From an uncultured bacterium (GTDB taxonomy: Bacteria; Verrucomicrobiota; Verrucomicrobiia; Limisphaerales; UBA8199), in contig CAVVMW010000001.1 of assembly GCA_963749495.1 (NCBI GenBank), forward strand, positions 789,685 through 853,684: a stretch of 64,000 bases of DNA. The letters run 5' to 3'. Position 1 is the first letter of the stretch; every line of letters starts with the position of its first letter. The notes below the pieces were generated by a model that worked only from the letters and a program-made list of their open reading frames with translations, did not search any database and was not told the DNA's origin. Below, one piece after another: positions 1 through 10,306 of the stretch. Both the position numbers and the translations under genes were made by a program.

Positions 1-816
1 TGTCGGGCCGCCCTTGAGGACGCTCTGGGCAAATACGGGCAGCAGTCCTTGCAACGGCGCGGCCAAGAACATGAAGCTCATCCCCATCATGGTCAGGCGC
101 CGCGTACCGGGACTGGTCCAGACGAATCTCAAGCCCTCGCGGATGTCTTGGCAGATCGAGGCGGTCTTTGGGCGGGAGGGGACGGGAGTGCCGGGGACGG
201 CCAGCAGCAGAGCAATCAGCAATGGGAGGAAGGTGCACGCGTTGAACGTGAAGGCACCTGCGATACCAGCAGCGCCGATGATGGCGGCCGCGAGCATAGG
301 GCCGCACAGCCTGGCCATGTTGAACTGGACAGAATTGAGGGCGATGGCACGATCCAACTCCGCCCGAGGAACAAGACTGGGCACGACCGCTTGGAAAACC
401 GGACCGTTGAGAGCCCACACGATGCCCTCAAGAAACGTGAAGGTGATCACGACCCAAGGCGTCGCTCTGTCCAGGAATGCTACTACCGCCAGGCCCGCTC
501 CGAGTGCGCACGCGGCTGCCTGCAGGATGATGAGCCAGGTCTTCCGGTTCACGCGGTCCGATATCACGCCGGCGATGAGTGCGAGCAGAAGCACCGGGCA
601 GAAGTCGGCGAACTGCAGGATTTCGACGAAAAGGCCCTGGTGGGGATTACCCAGGGTTTGACTCGTAACGGCCCAGCTCTGGGCGGCGTTTTCGGTCCAA
701 TTGCCAGTATTGGAGATGCAGGCGCCCACCCAGAAAATGAGAAATGGGCGATGGCGCAAAACGCCCAAAGCTCTCGCAATGGAGGAGTCGGGTGGACCTT
801 TCGGTTCGTGGACCAT
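1..816 (-). CDS. MFS transporter, runs off the left edge
   Basis: Manual minus-strand translation from ATG 816: MVHEPKG...LRHRPFLIFWVGACISNTGNW...AGVISDRVNRK (MFS motif A-like), many hydrophobic helices. Confidence 0.85.
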   Translation of the reverse strand, partial: MVHEPKGPPDSSIARALGVLRHRPFLIFWVGACISNTGNWTENAAQSWAVTSQTLGNPHQGLFVEILQFADFCPVLLLALIAGVISDRVNRKTWLIILQAAACALGAGLAVVAFLDRATPWVVITFTFLEGIVWALNGPVFQAVVPSLVPRAELDRAIALNSVQFNMARLCGPMLAAAIIGAAGIAGAFTFNACTFLPLLIALLLAVPGTPVPSRPKTASICQDIREGLRFVWTSPGTRRLTMMGMSFMFLAAPLQGLLPVFAQSVLKGGPT

Positions 817-1259
817 CTCGAACTCCTAACAGTTTACTCCGCTCTCGAAAAGCAATTAGCCTCCGGGCACGTGGCATCAAGGACCGGAACGTGGACCCAG
901 CCAGCACCATGCAGGTGGTCAATGCCCTCATTAAAGCGGACAGAGATTCCGTTTTTCGTGTGGCGCGAGGATGCGGGAACGGAAGGCCGCCCTTCAAGCT
1001 GAAAAAGGCCCCGACGTCCTCAAAGAGCTCAGGTCCTGGTTCGCAATCCCCTGGCTCCGCCCTCAACCGGACAATTTGGGGACTCGCCTGCGCCAGAAAA
1101 AGCCCCGGGCCGCCGCTTCCGGCTGGAACATCCCGGGCGGCTTGATTACCCTGCCCGCGTCTTGCGTATCAAACCCGGGCCCGAAAAGAAACTCTGCCCA
1201 AGGCGCGCCGCCGCGTTCGCCGTGCGGTCGTCTCGACGCGGACCCTAACCACCTGCACC

Positions 1260-2998
1260 ATGCACACCAAATCGCTCCTCTCGCCCTCGCTCTTGTTCGC
1301 CGCCGCACTGTCGTGCGGCTTGACCCTAAACGCCCAGGACCCCACAGCAGCTCCGAGTGCCGCCGGGCCGCGCCCATATCCGGCGCGGCTCCAATGGTGG
1401 GCCGAGGGCCGCTTCGGCATGTTCATCCATTGGGGGCCAGTCAGTCTGAAGGGCACCGAGATCAGTTGGTCGCGCGCCAACACCAATCCCAGGTGCCCGA
1501 ACAACGGCGAAATCCCCGCCGCGGTCTATGACAGCCTCTATGAGCAATTCAATCCAACGAACTTCAATGCGAGCGAGTGGGTGGGCCTGGCCAAAGCCGC
1601 CGGCATCAGGTACATGGTGCTCACGGCCAAGCATTGCGACGGGTTCCTGCTCTGGGACTCGAAGGTGTCCGACTACAACATCATGCACACCCCGTTCAAG
1701 CGCGACGTGTGCGCCGAGCTGGCCCGGGCGGCCCATGCGCAGGGGATGAGAATTGGCTGGTACTTCTCGCCGATGGATTGGCGGGACCCGGACTGCCGCT
1801 CGCGGAACAACGATCGGTTCGTGGCGAGCATGCAGGCGGAACTGCGCGAGGTGCTCGGCAACTACGGCCGCATCAATTTGCTATGGTTCGACACCGATGG
1901 CCGCGAGGCGTCCTGGGACCAGGCGCGGACCTATGCCCTGGTCAAGCAACTCCAGCCGCAAATCATCATCAACAATCGCCTGGACCTCGGCCCCGGCCAG
2001 GACGCCGGTTCCCCCAACAGCATCGGCCCGCAGGCCGATTACTTCACCCCGGAGCAGTGGATCGGCGGCTTCCAAGACCAGCATCCGTGGGAATCGTGCA
2101 TGACACTCTCGCGCCGGGGCCAATGGGCTTGGGGCGGGCGGCAAGACGGCGTCAAGGCCTACGCCGATTGCCTGGAGATGCTCATCCGCTGCGCCGGCGG
2201 CGATGGCAACGTGTTGCTCAACGCGGGGCCGACGCCGACCGGCGAGATCGCGCCGGAGCAGGCGAACCGCTTGAAGGAGATGGGCGCCTGGCTGACGAAG
2301 AATGGCCAAAGCATCTATGGCACGCGCGGCGGCCCGTTCAAGCCGGGCGAATATGGTGTCTCCACGCGCAAGGACAACACCATCTACCTGCACCTTTGCG
2401 ACTGGACGGAGGATGTGATCAAGCTGCCGGGGATCGCGCGCAAGGTCGTCGCCAGCCGCGTGCTGAGCGGCGGCAGAGCCGAAGTCCGCCAGACCGCCAA
2501 GGGCCTCGAAGTATCCGTTCCCGAGAACGACCGCCAGCCGTTGGACACCGTCGTGGCGCTCGAACTGGATGGCTCGGCGCTCGACCTCCCCGCAGTGGAC
2601 GTGCCCGGGCCGGTATCGCTCACCACCAAGGCAAGAGCCACCGCCTCGAACGTTTTCCAGAACCAGGCGCAGTACGGACCGGACAAAGCCGTAGATGGCC
2701 GGGGTGACACTCGCTGGGCGACCGACTCGGGAGTCAAGTCCGCGTGGCTCGAAGTTGACCTTGGCCGGCCAGGTTCAGCCGCGCGACGATCAAGCAGGCC
2801 TTCCCGGAGTTGAAACGCGTCCGCAAGTTCGCCATCGAGTACCTGCAGGACGGCCAATGGAAACCGTGTTATCGGGGTGAGGATCTGGGCGACAAGCTCG
2901 TCGCCAGGTTCGAACCGGTCACGGCGCAACGCGTGCGCCTGAACCTCACCGAAGCCACCGACGGCCCGACCATTTGGGAGTTCAACCTCTTCGAATAA
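1260..2998 (+). CDS. Alpha-L-fucosidase (GH29) with C-terminal F5/8-type domain; one frameshift near 2770
   Basis: Signal peptide, RFGMFIHWG, LTAKHCDGF, LLWFD motifs; C-terminus continues in ORF 2810..2998. Confidence 0.9.
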
Positions 2999-3028
2999 TC
3001 CACTATTGGCCGCCTGCTGGCGGTCCCC

Positions 3029-3525
3029 TTATGCCTTTGCCACGTATCTGATCTCGCGGATCTCGAGGCTGCCGGCTTTTGGCTCGTAAAACGGTTTGCC
3101 GTGGCGGACCCCAACCGTGCCGTAGCCGGTCGCGGCGGAGAAGAAACAGTGGAAATCGCCTTTGATGGCTGGTTCGAGGTAAAGGACTTTTTCCACCGCA
3201 TCATAGCGGGCGCCACTCAGCCCGAAGAGCAGCGCGTAGGAGGACATCGCCCGGGCGTACCAATGGCCGCATTCGTATTCGTCGAACGGGTTGCGCACCC
3301 GGCCGTCATACCGGTCGCGGCAGGCGCGCACGATGTCGAGCCCCTCCGGCACGCGGCCCATCCGCATCAGGTGCGAGGCGACCTGGTATTCGATTCCGGT
3401 CCAGACTTCGTTCGAATACACGAACGGGAGCGAAAGCTCGCCTCCTTTGGGCCAGGAGCAAAGCAGCAGCCCGGCCTCGGCGCCGCAGGCGTAGGTGGGT
3501 CGTTGCGGATTGGCGAAACGCGGCA
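3029..3525 (-). pseudogene. C-terminal fragment of a GH116-like glycoside hydrolase
   Basis: PFVYSNEVWTGIEYQVASHL...RNPFDEYECGHWYARAMSS; no N-terminal part or start. Confidence 0.75.
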
Positions 3526-3549
3526 GGCCAAAGGAAGTTCCAGCCCCGC

Positions 3550-4100
3550 CTAAGGCTTCCTTTCAACCCTCGCCTTCACCGCGTCAATAAACGCAGCGGG
3601 ATTCACAACCGGACCGGCCTTTGTGCGCGTGGCCGTTTCCCGCCAAAGCTGCACCACCTCCTTGGGTTGAATCGCCGGATTGACCTGCCAGGCCAGGGCC
3701 GCCAGGCCCGCCAGGTATGGCACGGTCCAACTCTCATCACGCACCCACTTCCACGTCGGGACGGCGTAGAAATACAGAGCGGCTTGCGGAGCGACCCCGC
3801 AGCTCTTGCCCACCGCGATTCGAGGGTCAGCACTTCGCGTTCTCCCTGCCGCTCCTTGCGCGAGCGAGTTTCCTGCCCCACCAGATTGCGGAGTTCTTCG
3901 GGTGTCGTCAACCGGAACGCCACCGCGCCGGGCTTCGTTGCCGTCGCGACGGATTCGGCTGTGGCGGGCTTCGACGGGAAATCGGCGGGGTCCGCAGCAA
4001 CGGCCATTCCGCCGACCAGCATCAGCAGGCTGGCGAGCGCCGGGACCCGCCACGGCGCCGTCCTTCGCCGGACAAACGAGAGCACGAATGGTGGCCACCG
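3550..4100 (-). pseudogene. Remnant of a secreted S8-peptidase-like gene (N- and C-termini in different frames, core missing)
   Basis: SWTVPYLAGLAALAWQVNP resembles the subtilase post-catalytic-Ser helix; signal-peptide-like segment LASLLMLVGGMAVA upstream in another frame. Confidence 0.5.
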
Positions 4101-4385
4101 AGGACTTCCAAGGCTCGCTGTGGAGGCAGGATTCTTCCTATAAATAAGGGCTTTCGGAGTCTCTGAATCGTAATGGGAATTAGACAACGGCGCCCCCTGT
4201 CAGTGGTGAAACGGAATGGATGCAATCCTGGCGGTTGAGAACGGGATCTTCTTCCCCTGGATTTTCTTCGAGCAATTCGCTGAAAACTCTTCTTCCTTCT
4301 TCTCAGTCGTGGTTCTTCTTCGGCTTGGACCCTCGCTCCATCCGCGCTTGCGGCAGCCCCGGAAAATCGCAAAACTCCTCGGAGA

Positions 4386-4766
4386 ATGGCATCAAAGCGA
4401 AAGTGCCGGGCCTGTGGAAAGCCCTTCAGCCCCGATTACCGAAACCAAGCGGACCAGGCTTTCTGCCCCCGGCCCGAGTGCCGGCGTCTGCGCCGAGCGG
4501 ACGCGCAGCGCAAACGGCGTGAGCGCGCTCGCCAGGCCGACAGCCTTACAAGACGGCTGAAGCCCTCTGAAGCCCGCTGGCTGCGAAGGAACCCCATGAT
4601 AATCGGGCTGGTCTCGGTGCTGATCGGTTCGACGGACTGGCAGGAGATCGAAGCCTTTTGTGCGTCGGCCAGTTTGAGGGGAAGGAAGATCCTTGATGGG
4701 ACGCTGGCAGAAGAGGACGGAAACACCCTGAAAAATCAGGGTTCCGACACGGGAACGCCATCGTAA
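4386..4766 (+). CDS. Small hypothetical protein with Cys4 zinc-finger-like N-terminus
   Basis: CRAC...CPRPEC followed by a basic helix; GGAGA upstream of ATG. Confidence 0.65.
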   Translation: MASKRKCRACGKPFSPDYRNQADQAFCPRPECRRLRRADAQRKRRERARQADSLTRRLKPSEARWLRRNPMIIGLVSVLIGSTDWQEIEAFCASASLRGRKILDGTLAEEDGNTLKNQGSDTGTPS

Positions 4767-4907
4767 AATCGGCTGGGCTCCGAAACAGATCCCATTCCTA
4801 ACCGTCGGTTTTGCATCCCGTTCGCGCCAACGGTGACACCCCCCTCGCGTTCTGAGAAAAGTCGGAGGGGGCGTTTGTCTCGAGGATCTATAAGAGGCGC
4901 CAGAACG

Positions 4908-5010
4908 AGAGGGCTGAAAGCCCGTAATGTCATAGCCTGGGGTGGAGCGCGAAGCGCGGAGTCCCAGGGGACGGCCGGTGGAAAACCATCCCGCCCTGCA
5001 AGGGCGGAAC
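4908..5010. repeat. REP-like hairpin cluster
   Basis: gggctgaaagccc, gcgcgaagcgc and ccgccctgcaagggcgg stem-loops. Confidence 0.5.
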
Positions 5011-5164
5011 ACGCCGCGAACAACCATATTGGCCGGAGATTGGAACCGCGGCCGGTGAGCGTCGTTCCCCTCCCCGAAAGGGGCACCCCGTGCCAACCCA
5101 AGGCAAGGCCGCCTGCGGCTAAAAGAGAAGACGCACCATGTTAGGGCTGAATGGGCCACACAAC

Positions 5165-5293
5165 CAGTACGGCTGGAAGCCAGCCTTGTCGCTCCGCGCC
5201 CTTCCGCAGCCGTCCCGGGCGGCGTTTGACGCGGAGCCTGCGTTCCTTTCCGTGTCTTTCACCTGCGAGCATCTCCAAGGTTGAAGGCTGCAC
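5165..5293 (-). mobile_element. Internally deleted group II intron fragment
   Basis: Near-identical to 8748-8839 joined directly to 9124-9161; begins GTGCAGCC and stops just after the AGCCGTAC start of domain V. Confidence 0.85.
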
Positions 5294-5345
5294 ATAAGAA
5301 ATTGCTTTTTTGCCGCGCCGACGGTTTGACGCTTCGCGGGTGAGA
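5294..5345 (-). mobile_element. Isolated IS91-type oriIS-like end
   Basis: About 50 bp similar to 10913-10965; ends ...AAAGCAATTTCTTAT, resembling the AAATTCCTAT oriIS motif. Confidence 0.6.
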
Positions 5346-5412
5346 CCGGATCGTTCTTCCGCGCAGCGGAGATTCCGTGTAACCTCTGCCCGCGAACGTC
5401 TCAGGAAAGGGT

Positions 5413-7161
5413 ATGAGTAATACATCTGATCCAAAACGGTGTCCAAAATGCGGACTGCCGATTCCCGACGAAGCTCCACAAGGACTTTGTCCCAAGTGCG
5501 TGCTCCTCCAAGCCTCTATCCCAACCGAGGGAGGAAAAGGCCAGCCCGCGCCATCGCGGGACGAAGTTGCGGCGGCGTTCCCGCAACTTGAAATCCTCGA
5601 ACTGATTGGCCAGGGCGGCATGGGATTTGTCTTCAAAGCCCGGCAACCCAAACTGGAACGTCTGGTCGCGCTGAAGATTCTGCCGCAGGCGCTGGCGGCA
5701 GATCCGGCGTTCGCCGAAAGATTTTCGCGCGAAGGCCGTCTGCTGGCGCGGTTGAATCATCCCAATATCGTCTCCATTCACGATTTTGGGCAAGCCGGCG
5801 GCTACTTCTACTTGCTGATGGAATACGTTGATGGCGTGAATCTGCGCCAGGCGATGCGAGCGGGCCGGTTCACGCCGGCCCAAGCATTGGTGGTCGTGCC
5901 TAAAATATGCGAGGCGCTCCAATTCGCGCACAATGAAGGCATTTTACATCGCGACATTAAACCGGAGAACATTCTGGTGGATGTCCGGGGCCGGGTGAAG
6001 ATTGCCGATTTTGGCATCGCCAAACTCGTGGGGGATGCCCAGCCCGAGGCCGCACTGACCGGCACCGGCGCGAGGCTGGGCACGCCGCATTACATGGCGC
6101 CGGAACAACTGGAAACTCCGGCCACGGTGGATCATCGGGCGGACATCTATTCGCTGGGCGTGGTCTTTTACGAAATGCTGACGGGCGAGCTGCCGTTGGG
6201 TCGGTTTCAACCGCCTTCGCACAAGGTGGAAATGGACGTGCGGCTGGATGAGGTGGTTTTGCACGCCTTGGAGAAGGAGCCGTCGCGGCGTTACCAGCAT
6301 GCCAGTCAAGTGAGGACAGCGGTTGAAACCATCGCCAGCGGGACTCCGCCGGCTCAGGTTGCGCCAGTATCGGATCGCTTTTGGAAACGCATGGCAATGG
6401 CGATGGCGTTGTTGTGTCTGACTCTGATTGTGCTCATTGCCTGTTTCGCAAGGTCGTTCTTCGCGACACAACGGGCTGTGACAAACTTGCCACCAGCTAC
6501 TGTTCCTGTCGGCGGGACGGAAAAGCAGTCCGCAACCCTGGTGATTGATACGGTGCCCTTCGAGCGCCGGCGGGTGGAGGGAGACCCGCGGGCTCACGAC
6601 ATGCTGTTTTGGGATTTCAAGTATCTGATTCCCGCCGATCATCTCGCGCAAGTTGTGTTTGTGCTGTGGTCCAACGGCGTGCCCACCATCAAGCCCGGTT
6701 TTAGTGGTTATTTCAAAGTCGGCCAGAGGCCGGTCAATCCAGAAAGCATGGACTTCTCATACGAGCCGAATGTGTCCGGGCCTCACGGTGGAACGAACGT
6801 GGCGCAGTGGAACGTCGGCTTGGGCTTTGGTTACACTCTTGGCCACCTTCTCACCAATCAACCGCCCTGTCGCAAGTTGGAAACCGCTCCGCGATCCGTT
6901 CTCCATTCCGGGCGCCAGCTTGCGATTCGTCTGGCCGATTTTATTCAGCCCACAGGCCTTGCAAGCAATGGCTGGTCGGGCGTAGAGGTACGCTTGATTC
7001 TTCAGCCCCTCCTCTCGCCCGCTGTACAGAGCGATCTCAATGAGTTCGATCGCACCAGTTATGTGGCCGGCTGGGGCCTGGCTGGAATGTCGGAAGATTC
7101 GATCATGAATCTGATAAAGACACTTCCTTGCGAGCCAATGACCGTCGAGAAGAGTCCGTGA
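5413..7161 (+). CDS. Membrane Hanks-type Ser/Thr protein kinase with N-terminal zinc ribbon
   Basis: CPKC..CPKC, GQGGMG, VALK, HRDIKPEN, DFG, GTPHYMAPE, TM helix. Confidence 0.95.
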   Translation: MSNTSDPKRCPKCGLPIPDEAPQGLCPKCVLLQASIPTEGGKGQPAPSRDEVAAAFPQLEILELIGQGGMGFVFKARQPKLERLVALKILPQALAADPAFAERFSREGRLLARLNHPNIVSIHDFGQAGGYFYLLMEYVDGVNLRQAMRAGRFTPAQALVVVPKICEALQFAHNEGILHRDIKPENILVDVRGRVKIADFGIAKLVGDAQPEAALTGTGARLGTPHYMAPEQLETPATVDHRADIYSLGVVFYEMLTGELPLGRFQPPSHKVEMDVRLDEVVLHALEKEPSRRYQHASQVRTAVETIASGTPPAQVAPVSDRFWKRMAMAMALLCLTLIVLIACFARSFFATQRAVTNLPPATVPVGGTEKQSATLVIDTVPFERRRVEGDPRAHDMLFWDFKYLIPADHLAQVVFVLWSNGVPTIKPGFSGYFKVGQRPVNPESMDFSYEPNVSGPHGGTNVAQWNVGLGFGYTLGHLLTNQPPCRKLETAPRSVLHSGRQLAIRLADFIQPTGLASNGWSGVEVRLILQPLLSPAVQSDLNEFDRTSYVAGWGLAGMSEDSIMNLIKTLPCEPMTVEKSP

Positions 7162-7179
7162 GAATCAAGGCATTGGAGA

Positions 7180-7932
7180 ATGAGTAACTTGGCCACCAAC
7201 GATTCTACTCCGCGTCAAGCCTCGCCTCCGGTGTTCGTCACCACCCGCTGGACGCGCGTGCTGCAGGCGAAAGGGGATTCGACGGAAGCCAAGGCGGCGT
7301 TGAGCGACTTGTGCGCGGCCTATTACGCGCCGGTGTTTGCCTTCATTCGCCGCAATGCGCCCGATGAAGACTCGGCGCGTGATTTGACCCAGGAATTCTT
7401 CGCCCGCCTGCTCGCGCGCGGGGGCATTGACAACGTGGACCCGCAACGCGGCCGCTTCCGCTCGTTTCTGCTCGGCGCGGTCAAACATTTCCTTGCCGAC
7501 ATGCGCGACCACGACCGCCGCCTCAAGCGCGGGGAGGGCCAGGCAATCGAATCCCTCGATGCGGAGGCGGGGAATTCATCCGGCCTGGAAGCGCCCGATT
7601 CGAAGGCGGCGGCTCCTGATCGGGGGTTTGACCACAAATGGGCGTTGACGTTATTGGGCCGGGCTTTCGCGACCATAGAACAAGAATACAAGGAGGCCGG
7701 GAAATCCAGGCAATTCGAGGCTCTTAAACCGTGGTTGACCGGAGATGGTGAGAACGTTTCGCAGGCGGAAGCGGCCCGTCAACTCGGAATGAACGAGGGC
7801 GCGGTCAAAGTGGCCATTCACCGGCTTCGGCGCCGGCTTCGTGACCTCATCAAAAATGAAATCAGCCAGACGGTCAAGGACCGCGCTGATATTGACATCG
7901 AGATGCATGATCTGTTGGAAGCGTTGCTCTAA
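7180..7932 (+). CDS. ECF RNA polymerase sigma factor (kinase-associated type)
   Basis: FVTTRW, DLTQEFF, RGRFRSFLL, C-terminal HTH GMNEGAVKVAIHRLRRR. Confidence 0.93.
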   Translation: MSNLATNDSTPRQASPPVFVTTRWTRVLQAKGDSTEAKAALSDLCAAYYAPVFAFIRRNAPDEDSARDLTQEFFARLLARGGIDNVDPQRGRFRSFLLGAVKHFLADMRDHDRRLKRGEGQAIESLDAEAGNSSGLEAPDSKAAAPDRGFDHKWALTLLGRAFATIEQEYKEAGKSRQFEALKPWLTGDGENVSQAEAARQLGMNEGAVKVAIHRLRRRLRDLIKNEISQTVKDRADIDIEMHDLLEALL

Positions 7933-8604
7933 TCCTCAAAGAATTATCGGGACGGTTGACGTTCGGCTCGCAATTTGGGAAACCCAGTGATGGAACAGGT
8001 TCCCGGCGCCTTGGGAACCAAAAGATGCCGGTCCAACTCCTGTTTTTCATTCGAGTAATTGTTGTCACTTCTTGTGTTCCTAGTCAGGCATAACGAAGAG
8101 CAGTTGCTTCGGCTGGGCGGCCAAAGAATGGCGGGGCGGGTCGCGATCCGGTGGAGTAATGATGCGGATTACCACGCGGAGCGGTCGAGTTCCGCGAGGC
8201 ACTGATTAATCCTCCGCCGGCCTGCTGGGGCCTGCCGCCTGTGAGAATGAGCAGTTTAATCGAAGGACAAATCGGCTTCCCTGGTCTTGGTAAATGAGAG
8301 TGTGCCATTTTGCGCCTCAGCTATTGTGGAAAGCCCCTGTCGGGGTGGACGCGTCGTCGCGCCGTCCGACTCGCGGGGGGCCGGCGGGCGGCGGGGCCGA
8401 GCTTCGAGCCCCCAGCTCGCGGCCCCGCCCGTCGCCACGCGCGGACTCGCCAGGCCCCCCGCGAATAGGCGCGTCTCGGGCTGGCGTTTCCCGTTTCCCG
8501 CCTGGCGGTTACCCTAATCAGGCCGGGCCTGCTATACCGGGACTTGAGGCGGGATAAAGCCGTTCCGTTACCGGGACCTGGGGCAGGTCTTACCGGGAAA
8601 ACTG

Positions 8605-9161
8605 GTCGAGTGGAGTGGAGGCGCGACCGGTTTAGACCAAGGGCTTCCTGTGTATCGGCCCTTTCGGGCATCGTGGCAAATGGCCATCAGGTCCTGCCCA
8701 CGTTTCCCCCACCCCCTCTCATCATCCCGTACAGCGAGTTTTCCCCAGGTACCGTTGGAAGCCAGCCTTGCCGCTCCGCGCCCTTCCGCAGCCGTCACCG
8801 GCTGCGTTTGACGCGGAGCCTGCGTTCCTTTCCGTGTCTGGCTCAGAGTCCAGATGTATCGGTTCGCGGCTGTGCCCACAGGCCCTTGGCTCAGCACGGT
8901 TTATTATCCCCGCGCCTGCAAACGCTACTACGGCCTGATGCGCCAGTCTGACGAACTCCGTCCTGCTTCCGCCTTCGCTAAAGCTACGGCGGACAGGTGG
9001 GCCTGTTCGGCTTGCTCCGGGCGGTCTTTGCCCTCGCGGGCCGTTCGCCTCACCTTCCCTTCTTTGCTTTGGCATACTTTCCTTAATCACTACTCGGCCC
9101 AACCATCCATTGCCGAGGCAGGACTTTCACCTGCGAGCATGTCCAAGGTTGAAGGCTGCAC
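8605..9161 (-). ncRNA. ORF-less group II intron (557 nt), possibly degenerate
   Basis: 5' GTGCAG; gcaggtgaaagtcctgc in DI; DIII-like gccgtagtagcg...gagccaagggcc; DV-like aacggtacctggggaaaactcgctgtacgg; DVI ending ...ccactcgAC; no RT ORF. Confidence 0.8.
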
Positions 9162-9639
9162 AGAGCAGTCGCCACCGGCTCGCGCAGGCGGCTCTCGAAC
9201 GGGTGGTCATCGTCTTCGGGCAGGTTGTTCTCGGAGGGGAGGTTTGTGTTTTCATAGGTTTCGAGTTTCTCCATTAAGGGTTGACAGGAGTTGGTCCTTG
9301 ACGCGCCGCCTCTCCATTGACGCAGCGCGGATGAGTGGGAATGAGAAAGCGGTGTTGGTCTCGTGGTTTGCCGAACAGGCGGCCCAAATGCCGGACGCGG
9401 GTATAAAATCCGGAATGGTGAGCACCCGACGCCTGCTCGCCCGAAGCCCATCTCGCAATTCCCGCCGTCAATTCCATAACCAATCGGCTTCCGAGGAAGA
9501 CCGTCACGGAACCGGCAAACTGACTCCCCAACGCTGAACGCTGAGTTCTACCCCGCGAGGCTGTTCCTAAACAAAAACCCAAGGCGGTGTGAAGCAGAAT
9601 CGCTTTCGAATGGCAGCCGGCGACCGGTCAGGGAAGGGG

Positions 9640-9840
9640 GAGATGGAGTTCCGCGGCGGACCCCCGCAGCCCTCCCCCCTTCCGAAGGGGAGAGAGAGAA
9701 GCGCCGGCAGTGTTTCGATCTTCCGGGCGTCTCTGGTTCCACGAGCCGCGTCGGAGCATCCTCCCTCTCCCCATCCGATGGGGAGAGGGTTGGGGTGAGG
9801 GGTGGGCCCGCGGTGCCGCTCCCGCCTTCACTGAGGCATC
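9640..9840. repeat. Dispersed ~200-bp REP-like element
   Basis: ccccttccgaagggg and ccctctccccatccgatggggagaggg hairpins; shares flank gctcccgccttcactgaggc with 53945-54142. Confidence 0.75.
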
Positions 9841-9862
9841 ACTCGGAGCGGGTTTGGCTGCC

Positions 9863-10012
9863 CCGGGCGCATTCGCGAGTGCTTGGTGCCCAGGCGGAGC
9901 GCCGACTTGCAGTCGGCTTAGACCGGACCAAGAGCAACGAATTCGGAAACTGGGTGCGCGTAAAGCCGACTGCAAGTCGGCGCTCCACCAAGCACTCGCG
10001 AATGCGCCCGGC
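9863..10012. repeat. Long inverted-repeat (MITE/REP-like) element
   Basis: gcattcgcgagtgcttggtg / caccaagcactcgcgaatgc enclosing ggagcgccgacttgcagtcggctt / aagccgactgcaagtcggcgctcc. Confidence 0.8.
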
Positions 10013-10030
10013 TGCCCCGGGCGAACCGGC

Positions 10031-10059
10031 TTGAGATTGACTGACGTTTGCCATACATT
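10031..10059 (+). promoter_or_regulatory. sigma70-type promoter of vapBC, probably leaderless
   Basis: TTGAGA-17-TACATT, ATG 7 nt downstream. Confidence 0.55.
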
Positions 10060-10066
10060 GTGCGCG

Positions 10067-10306
10067 ATGAAGAATGATGTACTGCAAATCCGGGTTGAAC
10101 CTGACTTGAGAGCGCTGATTGACCAGGCGGTAGAACGGACCGGACTGACCAAGAGCGAGGTCTTGCGGCAGGGGCTGCGCAAGGGCGTTCCCGAGGTCGT
10201 GCGCGCCCTGGAGGGGCCACCCAAAAAGACCTTGGTGGATGCGCTGCTGGAGATGAAGGGCCTTGAAATTCCAGAACGCCGTCACCCGATGAAACGCCGG
10301 TTATGA
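10067..10306 (+). CDS. vapB: RHH/CopG-like antitoxin
   Basis: LQIRVEPDL...GLTKSEVLRQ; ATGA overlap with the PIN gene. Confidence 0.8.
   Translation: MKNDVLQIRVEPDLRALIDQAVERTGLTKSEVLRQGLRKGVPEVVRALEGPPKKTLVDALLEMKGLEIPERRHPMKRRL

Noticed and set aside
8544..9537. ORFs overlapping the intron as an intron-encoded protein
   Set aside because: No RT (YADD) or maturase motifs; translations look non-coding
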